Of a stretch of DNA of 64,000 nucleotides, positions 38,704-48,638 are shown piece after piece. The position numbers and the translations under genes are program-made. The DNA comes from Acidobacteriota bacterium (lineage in GTDB: Bacteria; Acidobacteriota; UBA890; WLXD01). The notes beneath the pieces are model-generated. The model saw only the letters and a list, made by a program, of their open reading frames with translations, did no database searches and was not told the origin of the DNA. How positions within the stretch are numbered: position 1 is the first letter of the stretch; each line of letters starts with the position of its first letter. Location of the stretch: positions 96,001 through 160,000 of the forward strand of contig CAXWPL010000001.1 in assembly GCA_963666215.2 (NCBI GenBank). Reading direction: 5' to 3'.

Positions 38704-40407
38704 TCATCGCGTCATCGGATCCCGATACTCGCCGAACGTCCGCCGCAGCCGGTGCGCCACCTCCCCGAGTGTCGCCTGCACTCGCACCGCGTCGAGAATG
38801 ACTTCAACAAGGTTCGTATCGCCCGCGGCGGCTCTGTCGAGGCGATCCAGCCCGCGCTCAACTGCATCGGTGTCGCGATCGCGCCGCAGCCGCTCGAGCT
38901 CTTCGGCCTTACGCTCGTCGAGACCCTCGGGGATCTGCTGCAGGGCGATACCTTCGCCCGGGGTGCCATCCTCACTGTTGCCACTCTTCGGCTCTTCGCG
39001 AAAGCGGTTGACCCCCACGATGGTGCGCGCGCCCGACTCCACGTCGAGTTGATGTGCGTAGGCGGCTTCCTCGATTTGCTTCTGCACCCACCCAGCGTCG
39101 ATGGCCTCAACCATGCCGCCGAGCTCATCGATACGCTCGATCAGCTCAACCGCCTCAGCCTCGAGGTCGTTGGTGAGCTGCTCGATGGCGTAGGAACCGC
39201 CGAGGGGGTCGGCGGTATCGCCGGCGCCGTGTTCGAACGCCAGCAACTGCTGCGTGCGCAGCGCAGTCCGGGCCGAGTCTTCGGTGGGCAACGAGAGCGC
39301 CTCCTCCATACCGTTGGTATGCAGCGATTGGGCGCCGCCGAGAACGGCCGCGAGCGCCTGCACCGAGACTCGAACAACGTTGTTGATGGGCTGCTGGGCG
39401 GTTAGCGTGGAGCCCGCCGTTTGAGCATGGAAACGCAGCCGCAGGGAGCGCGGATCGCGCGCTTCGAAACGCTCGCGCATGATGCGCGCCCAGAGGCGGC
39501 GCGCGGCGCGGAACTTGCCAACCTCCTCGAGCAGGTGGTTGTGGGCGTTGAAGAAGAAGGACAGCCGTGGCGCGAAAGTGTCGACGTCGAGGCCGGCGCG
39601 GAGCCCTGCGTCTACATAGGCGATGCCGTTGGCAAGCGTAAAAGCGATCTCCTGCGCCGCGGTCGAGCCCGCTTCGCGGATGTGGTACCCGGATATCGAG
39701 ATGCTGTTCCAATGTGGTGCCCGGCGCGCACAGAAAGCGAACACGTCGGTGACCAGTCGCATCGACGCGGCCGGTGGATAGATGTACGTACCGCGGGCGA
39801 TGTACTCCTTGAGAATGTCGTTCTGCACGGTTCCGCGCAGAGAATCGAACGACAGCCCACGACGTTGCGCCACCGCGCAGTACAGCGCCAGCAGAGTTGC
39901 GGCGGTAGCGTTGATGGTCATGGAGGTCGTGACCTGCGACAGGTCGATGTCGCGCAACAACACCTCGATGTCGGCCACCGAGTCGATCGCCACCCCCACA
40001 CGGCCCACCTCGCCGCGAGCCATTTCGTCGTCGGAGTCGTAGCCGATCTGCGTGGGCAAGTCGAACGCGACCGACAGACCCGTTTGACCGTGGTCCAGCA
40101 AGTAATGGAAGCGCTGATTGGTCTCCTCGGCGGTGGCGAAACCGGCGTACTGCCGCATTGTCCAGAGCCGTCCGCGATACATGGAGCCGTAGGCGCCGCG
40201 GGTAAAGGGATGCTCGCCCGGGCTGCCGATCGACTCCTCCGAGTCGGACGGCCGATCGCTGGCCGAGTAGAGCGGCGCCAACCGGCGCTCTCCGGAGGCG
40301 CGTCCGGGTGCCACACGGAGGCTCTCCGAGGGCGCCTGCTCAGCCTCGCCTGATTCCCCCGCGGCGCCGCCGCCACCCGTCGCGCTCGACGTTTCAGCCC
40401 TGCTCAT
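38704..40407 (-). CDS. Methylmalonyl-CoA mutase, substrate-binding (alpha) subunit
   Basis: [50 protein letters not shown]; no DxHxxG B12 domain. Confidence 0.93.
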   Translation of the reverse strand: MSRAETSSATGGGGAAGESGEAEQAPSESLRVAPGRASGERRLAPLYSASDRPSDSEESIGSPGEHPFTRGAYGSMYRGRLWTMRQYAGFATAEETNQRFHYLLDHGQTGLSVAFDLPTQIGYDSDDEMARGEVGRVGVAIDSVADIEVLLRDIDLSQVTTSMTINATAATLLALYCAVAQRRGLSFDSLRGTVQNDILKEYIARGTYIYPPAASMRLVTDVFAFCARRAPHWNSISISGYHIREAGSTAAQEIAFTLANGIAYVDAGLRAGLDVDTFAPRLSFFFNAHNHLLEEVGKFRAARRLWARIMRERFEARDPRSLRLRFHAQTAGSTLTAQQPINNVVRVSVQALAAVLGGAQSLHTNGMEEALSLPTEDSARTALRTQQLLAFEHGAGDTADPLGGSYAIEQLTNDLEAEAVELIERIDELGGMVEAIDAGWVQKQIEEAAYAHQLDVESGARTIVGVNRFREEPKSGNSEDGTPGEGIALQQIPEGLDERKAEELERLRRDRDTDAVERGLDRLDRAAAGDTNLVEVILDAVRVQATLGEVAHRLRRTFGEYRDPMTR

Positions 40408-40695
40408 GGCGGCCGAGATTACCACGCTGCCGCGCCGCTGCTCGGAGTCCGCGGATGACCGCTGTTGGCCACAGGGAGACGCGAGGCAGCGTCTGAGAGA
40501 ACGGCCATTTTCGGGTTGCTCAACGCATTCCGCGACCCGTACGCTCGATTCGGGGAGACCCCCCTCTGCCTCCGGCCGCGCACTGACGCGCATCGCAGCA
40601 TCGCCAGTCTGACCCAAGAGAGCCCGCCTGACCTCGGAGCGGCGGGCGAGTTTTGAGAGAGCTCGGGCCCCGACCCGAGCCCTCGGGGACCGAAC

Positions 40696-42726
40696 GTGGG
40701 CAACTTCTTGGTCGTCCTTGGCGATTGCAACCCGGGCCAGAGCGACCGCGAGCGGCCGCAAGCGCAGGCGCACTTCGAGGCTGGGCTGCACGTCGCGGCC
40801 GAATGGCTCGATCAGCGTCCGCGAAGCGCGCATGTGGCCGACGACGTATGCGTCGCTACGTTCGCACGGCACAACGGCAGCGGTGGTCGGCTCGCGGTCG
40901 ATCCGGATCCGCGCAGCGGCGGCTGGCTACTGATGGCGGGCTCCTGGGTGCACCGCGACGGCTTCGGCGAGGGAGACGAGCACAGGCTGCTCGAGCATCT
41001 GCAATCGCTAGGTCGCGCCGACCCGCCAGACGCGCCCGATCCGACAAGCAGCACGCGCGAGATCGCGCCTGAGGTCCACCACGGGGTACGTGAGCTGGCG
41101 CGCGGCTTCGACGGACAGTTCGTGCTTCTCGCGGGCGGCGTCTGCGGTACGCGCCTGCTGATCGTCACCGATCTTTTCGGCAGCTATCGCTGCCACCAAC
41201 GGCACGACCTGCCTGGTGTGTTTGCCACCTCCGGCTCATCGTTTCTCCTGGCCTCGCTGGCCGCCACTGATATCGATCCGGTGGGCACGCAGGAACTGCT
41301 GTACAGCGGAGCAATCAACGAGACCCGCACGCTCCACCGACAGGTTTCAAAGCTCGACGGCGCTCACATCACCACCTTCGGGCGCCGCCTGCGGCCGCGT
41401 AGCCAACGCTACTGGAGCTATGGCGAGCTGCAGCCGGAAACGATGGGGCGCGGCGAGTCTGTCGAACGTTTCGCGGCAGCCCTCCGAGGCGCGTCGAAGT
41501 CGATCGTCACGAACTTCCCACGACCAGTCTGCGACCTCACGGGTGGATACGACTCGCGCGCCGTCTTGGCCGGCCTCCGCAGCGCGAACGCGCAGCCCGC
41601 CACCACAGTCTGTGGCGCCGACTCCGACATCGACGTCGCGCTGTCACGCAGGATCGCCGAACAGCTCTCGCTGCCGCACCGGTGTATCGCACGCGCCGAC
41701 TCCACACGCCTGAGCGATCTGAGCGCGGCTCTCCCGTACACCGACGGTGAGTACGACAGTCTGGAGTATGCCAGCATTCTGCGCGTACACCACGAGCTCG
41801 CCCAGACCCACGACGCCAGCATCAACGGCTCTTTTGGCGAGGTCGCGCGAGGCTATCGCTTCGATCTCCTGGCGCCGCGTCTCGGCGCCAGGCAGCCTCT
41901 CGACGCTCGTCGAGTGGCGCGACGCCAGTTCGCGGCGACACCGCACACGGCGGAGCTGTTCGCTGCCGGGGAGCGGCTCGATCTCGCGGAACACACAGCC
42001 GAAATCGTGGAACGATGTGTCGGCGACTACGGTGGCGCACCCAATACTTTCCAGCTTCACATCGCCTACCTCGAAATCCGCATGCGAGGCTGGCAAGGCC
42101 GCATCGCATCGAGCACCAACCGCGTCTGGCCGCTGTTTTCTCCGCTGATGTTCCGACCCGTAATCGAGGCCGCTCTCGAGACCCGCAGCGTCGATCGACG
42201 ACGCAGCTTGCTGGTGCGTCGAATGCTGGCGGATTTCCATCCACTGCTGGCGGCGTTGCCGGTGACCGAGGGTTATCCCGCAGCCCCGATGACGCGACGC
42301 AACGCGCATCGGTTCTGGCCGCTCCTGAACGTCGCCGCAGGAGCATTGGGACGTCGCTTGCCCTTCGGAGGAGCCCTTGTGCGACGTCTCGCCGATCGTG
42401 GCGCAAACGCCGCCGGCCTCGCCGCGGCGGCACAGCGGGCTGCGCAGAGGCGACAAGGTCTGATGACGGAGCGCGACTCGAGCCCGATGACCCAGCTGGT
42501 AGCAGATCCGACCTCGGCGCTGAGCTCGATGCTGGACGCCGAAGGCTACGCCGCCTTCATGCAAGCCGCCGCGCGGCCCGAGTTCGGCTACGACGCGCAG
42601 TGGCGCAGGCTTGTCACAATTGAGCACACCTTCGCCGAGCTCGCCGTGGCAACAGCGGTCGCGCGCCGGGTTTACGAGGCCAAGGTCGGTTCGCCGATCG
42701 AAACAACGGTGCGCCACATCGCCTAG
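40696..42726 (+). CDS. Asparagine synthetase-like (AsnB/PP-loop) ATP-dependent ligase lacking the N-terminal Cys
   Basis: Ntn-like DGQF..TDLFG segment, [10 protein letters not shown]-loop, GSFGEVARG. Confidence 0.75.
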   Translation: MGNFLVVLGDCNPGQSDRERPQAQAHFEAGLHVAAEWLDQRPRSAHVADDVCVATFARHNGSGGRLAVDPDPRSGGWLLMAGSWVHRDGFGEGDEHRLLEHLQSLGRADPPDAPDPTSSTREIAPEVHHGVRELARGFDGQFVLLAGGVCGTRLLIVTDLFGSYRCHQRHDLPGVFATSGSSFLLASLAATDIDPVGTQELLYSGAINETRTLHRQVSKLDGAHITTFGRRLRPRSQRYWSYGELQPETMGRGESVERFAAALRGASKSIVTNFPRPVCDLTGGYDSRAVLAGLRSANAQPATTVCGADSDIDVALSRRIAEQLSLPHRCIARADSTRLSDLSAALPYTDGEYDSLEYASILRVHHELAQTHDASINGSFGEVARGYRFDLLAPRLGARQPLDARRVARRQFAATPHTAELFAAGERLDLAEHTAEIVERCVGDYGGAPNTFQLHIAYLEIRMRGWQGRIASSTNRVWPLFSPLMFRPVIEAALETRSVDRRRSLLVRRMLADFHPLLAALPVTEGYPAAPMTRRNAHRFWPLLNVAAGALGRRLPFGGALVRRLADRGANAAGLAAAAQRAAQRRQGLMTERDSSPMTQLVADPTSALSSMLDAEGYAAFMQAAARPEFGYDAQWRRLVTIEHTFAELAVATAVARRVYEAKVGSPIETTVRHIA

Positions 42727-42818
42727 CTGGTGGCTAGCCGCCGCATCTTCCCGCCAAACAGACGGTGTGGGTGCAGCAGCTCAACACCCGTCCGCGCGCG
42801 GCCTGCTAGCCTCCTCGC

Positions 42819-43298
42819 ATGTCCGATCGACTCACTCATCTCGACAGCAGCGGCAGGGCCCGCATGGTGGACGTCGGCGCCAAGCCGGCGACTCGGCGCC
42901 AGGCTACCGCCTCCGGCCTGCTGCGGATGTCGGCGGCAACGCTGGCGAAGGTGACGGGCGGCGAAGTGCCCAAGGGGAACGTCGTCGAGGTGGCGCGCAT
43001 CGCCGGAATTCAGGCAGCCAAGCGCACCGCCGAGCTCGTTCCCCTCTGCCATCCGCTGCCGCTGGCTCACGTGGACGTTCAGGTCGAACCCGAAGCTGAC
43101 GGGCTGCGCGTGAGCGCGACGGCCGCCACCGTGGGGCCGACCGGAGTTGAAATGGAGGCGCTCACGGCGGCTTCGGTGGCTCTGTTGACGCTCTACGACA
43201 TGTGCAAATCGATCGACAAGAGCATGGTAATCGACAGCCTCAGGCTCGAAGCCAAGAGCGGCGGCCGCAGCGGCGACTGGACCCGGACAACCTCCTAG
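42819..43298 (+). CDS. moaC: Cyclic pyranopterin monophosphate synthase MoaC
   Basis: [40 protein letters not shown]. Confidence 0.97.
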   Translation: MSDRLTHLDSSGRARMVDVGAKPATRRQATASGLLRMSAATLAKVTGGEVPKGNVVEVARIAGIQAAKRTAELVPLCHPLPLAHVDVQVEPEADGLRVSATAATVGPTGVEMEALTAASVALLTLYDMCKSIDKSMVIDSLRLEAKSGGRSGDWTRTTS

Positions 43299-43438
43299 CT
43301 CGCAGCCAGGCCCCCCGACTGGCCCGACCTTCATCAACGGTCTGCCAGCGGCGACCTGGCAAGCACCCGACGCGCGGCCATCTACGGCCACCAGCGCGGT
43401 ACGTGAACGCCCGTGCGCACTCCTGGGAAAACTTTTTT

Positions 43439-43669
43439 TCAGTCGACCGGACGACCCACTGACCCGTCCGCTGCGGCGCGCGGCCAACCACGGACACGCT
43501 CGTCCGGGGCGAATCGGCGACGGCAGGAGGCGGGAGCCCGTGCCGGTCGATCGGCACCCGACACCGCAGTGACGATGGAGAAGCCGCGTTCAACGAGCCC
43601 CGCCCGCAACTCATCGCGGCCCGGATGGCGATCGTAGAGCAACACTCGTGCGGTGCGGTCGTGGTCCAC
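43439..43669 (-). CDS. Small ORF with a degenerate receiver-domain-like N-terminus
   Basis: RVLLYDRHPGRDELRAGLVERGFSIVTAVSG resembles REC beta1-alpha1-beta2; GGGGG upstream of GTG. Confidence 0.3.
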   Translation of the reverse strand: MDHDRTARVLLYDRHPGRDELRAGLVERGFSIVTAVSGADRPARAPASCRRRFAPDERVRGWPRAAADGSVGRPVD

Positions 43670-43949
43670 ACGTCCCCCGGCTATGTCGGCACCCAAGAAA
43701 ACCTTCGATCGCGGAGGACGGCTCGGTGCGTCTGAGTCCCTCCGACTCCCGACCACGCTATGGGAAGTCATTTACACACTGCAATCCAAAAAACTTCCCT
43801 GACCGAGGAAACCGCGGAAGCCAGATGCCAGGAGTTGCGTTTGATGCGCTTGAGTGACTTGTGAAGACCAATGATGGGAAAATCAGTTCCTGAAATCGGC
43901 GAGTAGACGATCGGTGTGAACGCCACTCGGCGAAGCCGCCGACCGCCCG

Positions 43950-45002
43950 TCAACAGGCGCTGAGCAACTCACGAACGGTGGCCGGCCAGCGATGTTCGGC
44001 GGCGACCGAGGCGGCGGCCGTCCCCATCGTCGTAGCCCCCTCCGTGTCGCTCAGAACACCGAGCGCGGCGGCGAGCGCGGCGGGGTTCGGCTCCACCACG
44101 AAACCAGTGTGACCATCTTCGACCAGCTCCGCCGGACCGCCCGAATCGGTGCAGGTCAACACAGCCTTGCTCGACGAGAACGCCTCGAGCGTGACCAGGC
44201 CGTAGTCCTCTGCGCGGGCCCCGTTATAGACAGCGCTACAACGAGCCAGCTCATCGAGAAGGCCGCCCTCTCCAACTCGCCCGAGGAATTCAACCCGATC
44301 GCCGATCCCCAGCTCGCCGGCCAGCTTGGCGAGCGCGTGCTCCTCCGGGCCGCAGCCCGCGACCCTGACCCGCAAGTCGGGGAGCTTGGCCGCGGCTCGG
44401 ATCAACAGGTCTATGCGCTTGAGCGGGGTGAGACGTGCCACCGCCAGCACGGTGCCGTCGTAGCGGTCGCAACGGTAGGGTCGAGGCGGAGCCGGGGGAT
44501 ACAACACGCGCGCCTCAACTCCGCCCCAACGGCGCAAGCGATCGGCAATCGTTTGGGACTGCGCGAAAACCGGCAGCCGATGTAGCGCTCGCGTGTCGAT
44601 CGCCGTTAGCAAGCGTCGCCGCGCCCCTTCTACCAAACGGCCGCGCGCGCCAAGCGTGGCCCGGAAATCCGGCCACAGGTCGTAGTACTCCCGCATCCGG
44701 TGATTGAGCCAGACGACGTGCCGAGGATGGCGAACCATGTACGACGGAAAGCGCAGGCTGATGACGCGATCCACAGGCGCTCCGTCACCGGTAACTTCGA
44801 CGTCGGTCCAGCGGGTGGCCAGATAGGCCGATAGCTGGCGTCCGAAACGATTCTGGGGCGTAGTCCAGACTTCGGCCTCGTGCCCGGCGGCGCGCAGCGC
44901 GTGCCGGAGAGCGCCTGCAATGACACGATGGCCGCCCTCGACGAAGGGAACGTCAGAGGTCACGACCAGGACGCGCGAGGTGGGGTTCTGCGGCTCACTC
45001 AC
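43950..45002 (-). CDS. GT4 glycosyltransferase
   Basis: PFVEGG, RFPSY, VARLTPLKR, EDYGLVTLEAF. Confidence 0.9.
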   Translation of the reverse strand: MSEPQNPTSRVLVVTSDVPFVEGGHRVIAGALRHALRAAGHEAEVWTTPQNRFGRQLSAYLATRWTDVEVTGDGAPVDRVISLRFPSYMVRHPRHVVWLNHRMREYYDLWPDFRATLGARGRLVEGARRRLLTAIDTRALHRLPVFAQSQTIADRLRRWGGVEARVLYPPAPPRPYRCDRYDGTVLAVARLTPLKRIDLLIRAAAKLPDLRVRVAGCGPEEHALAKLAGELGIGDRVEFLGRVGEGGLLDELARCSAVYNGARAEDYGLVTLEAFSSSKAVLTCTDSGGPAELVEDGHTGFVVEPNPAALAAALGVLSDTEGATTMGTAAASVAAEHRWPATVRELLSAC

Positions 45003-45095
45003 ACGTTTGGCGCCTCGATCGACTGAGCGAGAGGCCCACCGAACCGGGCGTTCCCGGATCGCATTCTACCGGCCAGGAGCGTCCTGAGAAGCCCT

Positions 45096-45242
45096 GCTTG
45101 TTGCAAAAAAGTCACAAGCGCGTCCCGTAAGTTGATGCAGGAATGCCACCAAGCGGCCGGCGGCGAGACCCCATGAGTTAGTGTAAGTTACTGAGTCTAA
45201 ATATGTTGATGGCTTTTCTTCAGGTCCGGCACAGCCTTTGCT
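45096..45242 (+). promoter_or_regulatory. Sigma54-type promoter of lpxC with candidate UAS and IHF site
   Basis: CCGGCACAGCCTTTGCT (45226-45242; GG-N10-GC); palindrome GCTTGT-N12-ACAAGC (45096-45119); IHF-like ACTCAGTAACTTA on the minus strand (45184-45196). Confidence 0.65.
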
Positions 45243-45275
45243 TGCAGTAGCTACGAACCCGGCCGGAACCACTCT

Positions 45276-46184
45276 ATGACGTTGACTCAGAAGACAATAC
45301 GCCGCGACATCTCTTCTGCGGGCATCGGTTTGCACTCCGGGGAGCGCGTTGAGATGCGCTTGGTGCCAGCAGCGGCCAACAGCGGCATCCGCTTCCGGCG
45401 TGTCGACCTCGGTGGAGAAGAGATTCCGGTCGCTCGCGAATACCTCGACCAGACCTCGTACGCCACACGCTTGCGCAACGGTTCAACCGTCGTCAGCACG
45501 GTTGAGCACGTGCTGGCCGCTGCCAGCGGCCTCGGCATCGACAACCTGATCATCGAGCTCAACGGCGAGGAAGTGCCCATCATGGACGGCTCCGCCGGGC
45601 CGTTTGTGTACCTGATGCACGAAGCCGGCGTCCGACGGCAGCAGGCGCCACGGCGCTACATCAAGATCACAGAGCCGTTGCGAGTGGAAGAGCCGAACAA
45701 GTTCATGGCGATCTATCCGGCAGAGCGGCTGAAAATCTCGTACACGATCGACTTCGATCACCCCATGATCGGAGTCCAGCGCGAAACCTACGTCGTCACG
45801 CAGAGCGCCTTCACCCGAGAACTGGCGCCCGCTCGAACGTTCGGCTTTCTGCGCGAGGTCGAGTACATGAGGTCGCAGGGCCTGGCCCTCGGCGGCTCGA
45901 TCGACAACGCCATCGTCGTGGGCGACAACTCGATTCTGAACCCGCAACTGCGCTTCCCCGACGAGTTCGTGCGCCACAAGATCCTCGATGCGATCGGCGA
46001 TCTCACTCTGCTCGGCGCGCCTCTGCTCGGCCACGTCGTGGGCTATCGAGCAGGGCACAGGATGCACGCCGCCCTCGTCGAGGAGATCCTGTCGCAACCG
46101 CAGGCCTGGCGCCTTGTCACCTGGGACGACATCGTCTACGAGATGGCGGTTCAGCGGCCCACGGCGGCTCTCGCTACCGCCTGA
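45276..46184 (+). CDS. lpxC: UDP-3-O-acyl-N-acetylglucosamine deacetylase
   Basis: GIGLHSG, STVEHVLAA, EVPIMDGS, ARTFGF, HKILDAIGD, GHRMH. Confidence 0.98.
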   Translation: MTLTQKTIRRDISSAGIGLHSGERVEMRLVPAAANSGIRFRRVDLGGEEIPVAREYLDQTSYATRLRNGSTVVSTVEHVLAAASGLGIDNLIIELNGEEVPIMDGSAGPFVYLMHEAGVRRQQAPRRYIKITEPLRVEEPNKFMAIYPAERLKISYTIDFDHPMIGVQRETYVVTQSAFTRELAPARTFGFLREVEYMRSQGLALGGSIDNAIVVGDNSILNPQLRFPDEFVRHKILDAIGDLTLLGAPLLGHVVGYRAGHRMHAALVEEILSQPQAWRLVTWDDIVYEMAVQRPTAALATA

Positions 46185-46309
46185 GCGACCACCAAGGACC
46201 AAGGGATCGGCTCACGCAGTGAGTCTCGGCCGCTCGCGTCCCTTCGAGCTGACGTCGGACGGCGCGCGGTGACTCGTGAGGCCCCGTATTCGCCGCTTCG
46301 CCTGCTACC

Positions 46310-48622
46310 ATGGCGCCACGCGCCACGCTTGATCCCAGCGCGCGCCCGCAGTACACCCATCGGCCGTTTGCTCCCATGACCTCCCTGTCTCGCGACGACG
46401 CCCGTCGCCGCCAATTGCATCGCCGCTTGATCGTCGTCGGCCTCGCGACGGTGGCCGCGGCATTCATCGGCGTTGAGATCATGGTGCAGCGATCGGCGGC
46501 CCTGCCGCTGGTCGTGTCGAACATCTTGCTTCTGCACGCGATCACTGTGGTGAACATCCTCCTGGTGCTCGTGCTGCTGTTCGTCCTCGGACGCAACCTG
46601 GTCAAGCTCTACGTCGACCGGCGGCACGGCAAGCTCGGATCGAAGTTCCAAACCAAGCTGATGGTCACCTACGTCGGGCTCGCGATGGTACCCACGGTGA
46701 CGCTGTTCATCGTCGGCAGTGACTTCATCGACATGAGTGTCGATCGATGGTTCTCGCGTGACGTCACCGAGATCAACAGCCAGGCACGGGAGCTCGTGCA
46801 GCAGGCCTACGCTCTACAGGAGGGGCAGCTGCTGGACCTGGCGCGAGGAATCGCGGGCGACATCACGGATGAACGCCTCGTGACAACCAGCGCCTGGGCG
46901 CTTCTTGACCGCAACCTCAAGCGCCTGGTGGACGGTGAACGCTTCACCGTCGACGCAGCGGTTTTCTACAGCGAGACCGAGCGGCCACGCTCGACCATCG
47001 TTCCGCCCAATAGCCTGCTGGCCGAGAACGAAGCCGAGCTCGAGCTCCCGGCCACTCAAATCCTGCTCGCGAAGTCCGGACAGGCATTCCCGCTGCGAGT
47101 CGAGCTACCGGACGGCACGGTGCTCATTCAGGCCTGTGTGCCTGTCTTCGCGCCAACCGGCCAAGCTGTGGACGGCGTTCTGGTGCTGAGCCGGCTGGTG
47201 GATCCTGCACTCACGCAGAGGGCCGGAGCCATCCAGCAGCTCTACGCCGACTACGCCCAGGGCGCAATGGAGCGCGGCCCTATCGGTAACGCATACCAGC
47301 TCACCTTTCTGCTGCTGAGCCTGCTGATCATCTTCGGTGCGGTGTGGATCGGCCTCTACCTGGCGCGCGGTGTCACCGTGCCGATCCAGCGTCTTTCCGA
47401 GGCGACTCGCGCCGTGGCGGCCGGCGACCTGGAACATCGAGTCGAGGCGACAACGAATGACGAGCTCGGCATGTTGATCGACTCGTTCAACGGAATGACC
47501 GAAGACCTGCTCTTCGGCCAGACGAAACTCGAGCAGTCGCGATGTGACCTCGAGAAGACGGTGGCGGAGCTCGACGAGCGCCGCAGCTACATGGAGTCTG
47601 TGCTGGCAAATATCGCGGCCGGTGTCGTCTCGATGAACGCCGCCGGGGCGATCACGACTTTCAACCGCGCCGCCGGGGAGATGCTCGGCAAGGAAGCCAG
47701 CGAGGCGGTCGGGCGGTCGCACGAAGAGGTGCTTTCGGGAGAAAACTTCGCCGAGCTGCGCACACTCATGCGCCACGCCGGCCCGCGCGTCGCCGGGCTC
47801 GACGAGGAGCTCTCGGTCGAAGTCGGGGGGCAACGGTTGACGATCGCCGCGCACTGCTCGAGCCTGCGTGACAGCGGCGGTGCCTATCAAGGAACGGTGG
47901 TCGTACTCGAGGATCTCACCGGCATGATCCGCGCGCAGAAAGCCGCTGCCTGGCGCGAGGTCGCAAGGCGCATCGCACACGAGATCCGTAACCCGCTGAC
48001 GCCGATCCAGCTTTCGGCCCAACGCATCGCGCGACGCTACCGCAAGGCGGCCGGCGCCGAGGCCGAGCACGCCGTAATTGAGGAAGGTACACGAACGATC
48101 CTGCAGGAAGTCGACAGCCTCAAGGGTCTGGTGGAAGAGTTCAGTCGCTTCGCGCGCATGCCGTCGGCGAAGCCTGTCGAGGCTGATCTCCACGGAATCG
48201 TCGCCGACAGCTTGCTCCCATACCCGGAGCTCTACCCCGAGATCGAGATCGTTCGCGAGCTTGCGGCGAGCCTGCCGCGACTTCACGTCGACCCGGAACA
48301 GATGCGGCGTGCCTTCACCAACCTCTACGACAACGCCGCCAAGGCGATGGAGGGCCGCGGCCGGCTCTCCGTTCGTACGGCGTACGACAACGATCTCGAG
48401 GTCGTCCGGATCGAGGTGGCCGATAACGGTCCGGGCATCGCGCCCGAAGACAAGGACCGGCTGTTCGTCCCCTACTTCTCGCGCAAGCGCGACGGCACGG
48501 GGCTTGGCTTGGCGATCGTGCGACAGATCATCGCCGACCACCGCGGCTATGTCCGTGTGGTCGACAATGTGCCGCGCGGCGCCACGTTCGTCATCGAGCT
48601 GCCCGTGAACCGAGCCTACTGA
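46310..48622 (+). CDS. NtrY-like sensor histidine kinase (TM-HAMP-PAS-HisKA-HATPase)
   Basis: AWREVARRIAHEIRNPLTPIQLSAQR, ADNGPGI, GTGLGL. Confidence 0.92.
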   Translation: MAPRATLDPSARPQYTHRPFAPMTSLSRDDARRRQLHRRLIVVGLATVAAAFIGVEIMVQRSAALPLVVSNILLLHAITVVNILLVLVLLFVLGRNLVKLYVDRRHGKLGSKFQTKLMVTYVGLAMVPTVTLFIVGSDFIDMSVDRWFSRDVTEINSQARELVQQAYALQEGQLLDLARGIAGDITDERLVTTSAWALLDRNLKRLVDGERFTVDAAVFYSETERPRSTIVPPNSLLAENEAELELPATQILLAKSGQAFPLRVELPDGTVLIQACVPVFAPTGQAVDGVLVLSRLVDPALTQRAGAIQQLYADYAQGAMERGPIGNAYQLTFLLLSLLIIFGAVWIGLYLARGVTVPIQRLSEATRAVAAGDLEHRVEATTNDELGMLIDSFNGMTEDLLFGQTKLEQSRCDLEKTVAELDERRSYMESVLANIAAGVVSMNAAGAITTFNRAAGEMLGKEASEAVGRSHEEVLSGENFAELRTLMRHAGPRVAGLDEELSVEVGGQRLTIAAHCSSLRDSGGAYQGTVVVLEDLTGMIRAQKAAAWREVARRIAHEIRNPLTPIQLSAQRIARRYRKAAGAEAEHAVIEEGTRTILQEVDSLKGLVEEFSRFARMPSAKPVEADLHGIVADSLLPYPELYPEIEIVRELAASLPRLHVDPEQMRRAFTNLYDNAAKAMEGRGRLSVRTAYDNDLEVVRIEVADNGPGIAPEDKDRLFVPYFSRKRDGTGLGLAIVRQIIADHRGYVRVVDNVPRGATFVIELPVNRAY

Positions 48623-48638
48623 GCGAGACTGACCGACG

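Noticed and set aside
40408-40695. Cobalamin riboswitch upstream of the B12-dependent mutase
   Set aside because: No recognisable B12-box or AGGGAA/GCCACTG core; an Rfam scan would be decisive
40696-42726. Lasso peptide cluster
   Set aside because: No precursor with YxxP/TxG pattern and no adjacent RRE or B2 peptidase; the transglutaminase-like gene is 18 kb away and exported
45096-45119. Rex operator
   Set aside because: Rex consensus is TTGTGAA-N4-TTCACAA (TTGT-N10-ACAA); the spacing here is N12 and the left arm differs
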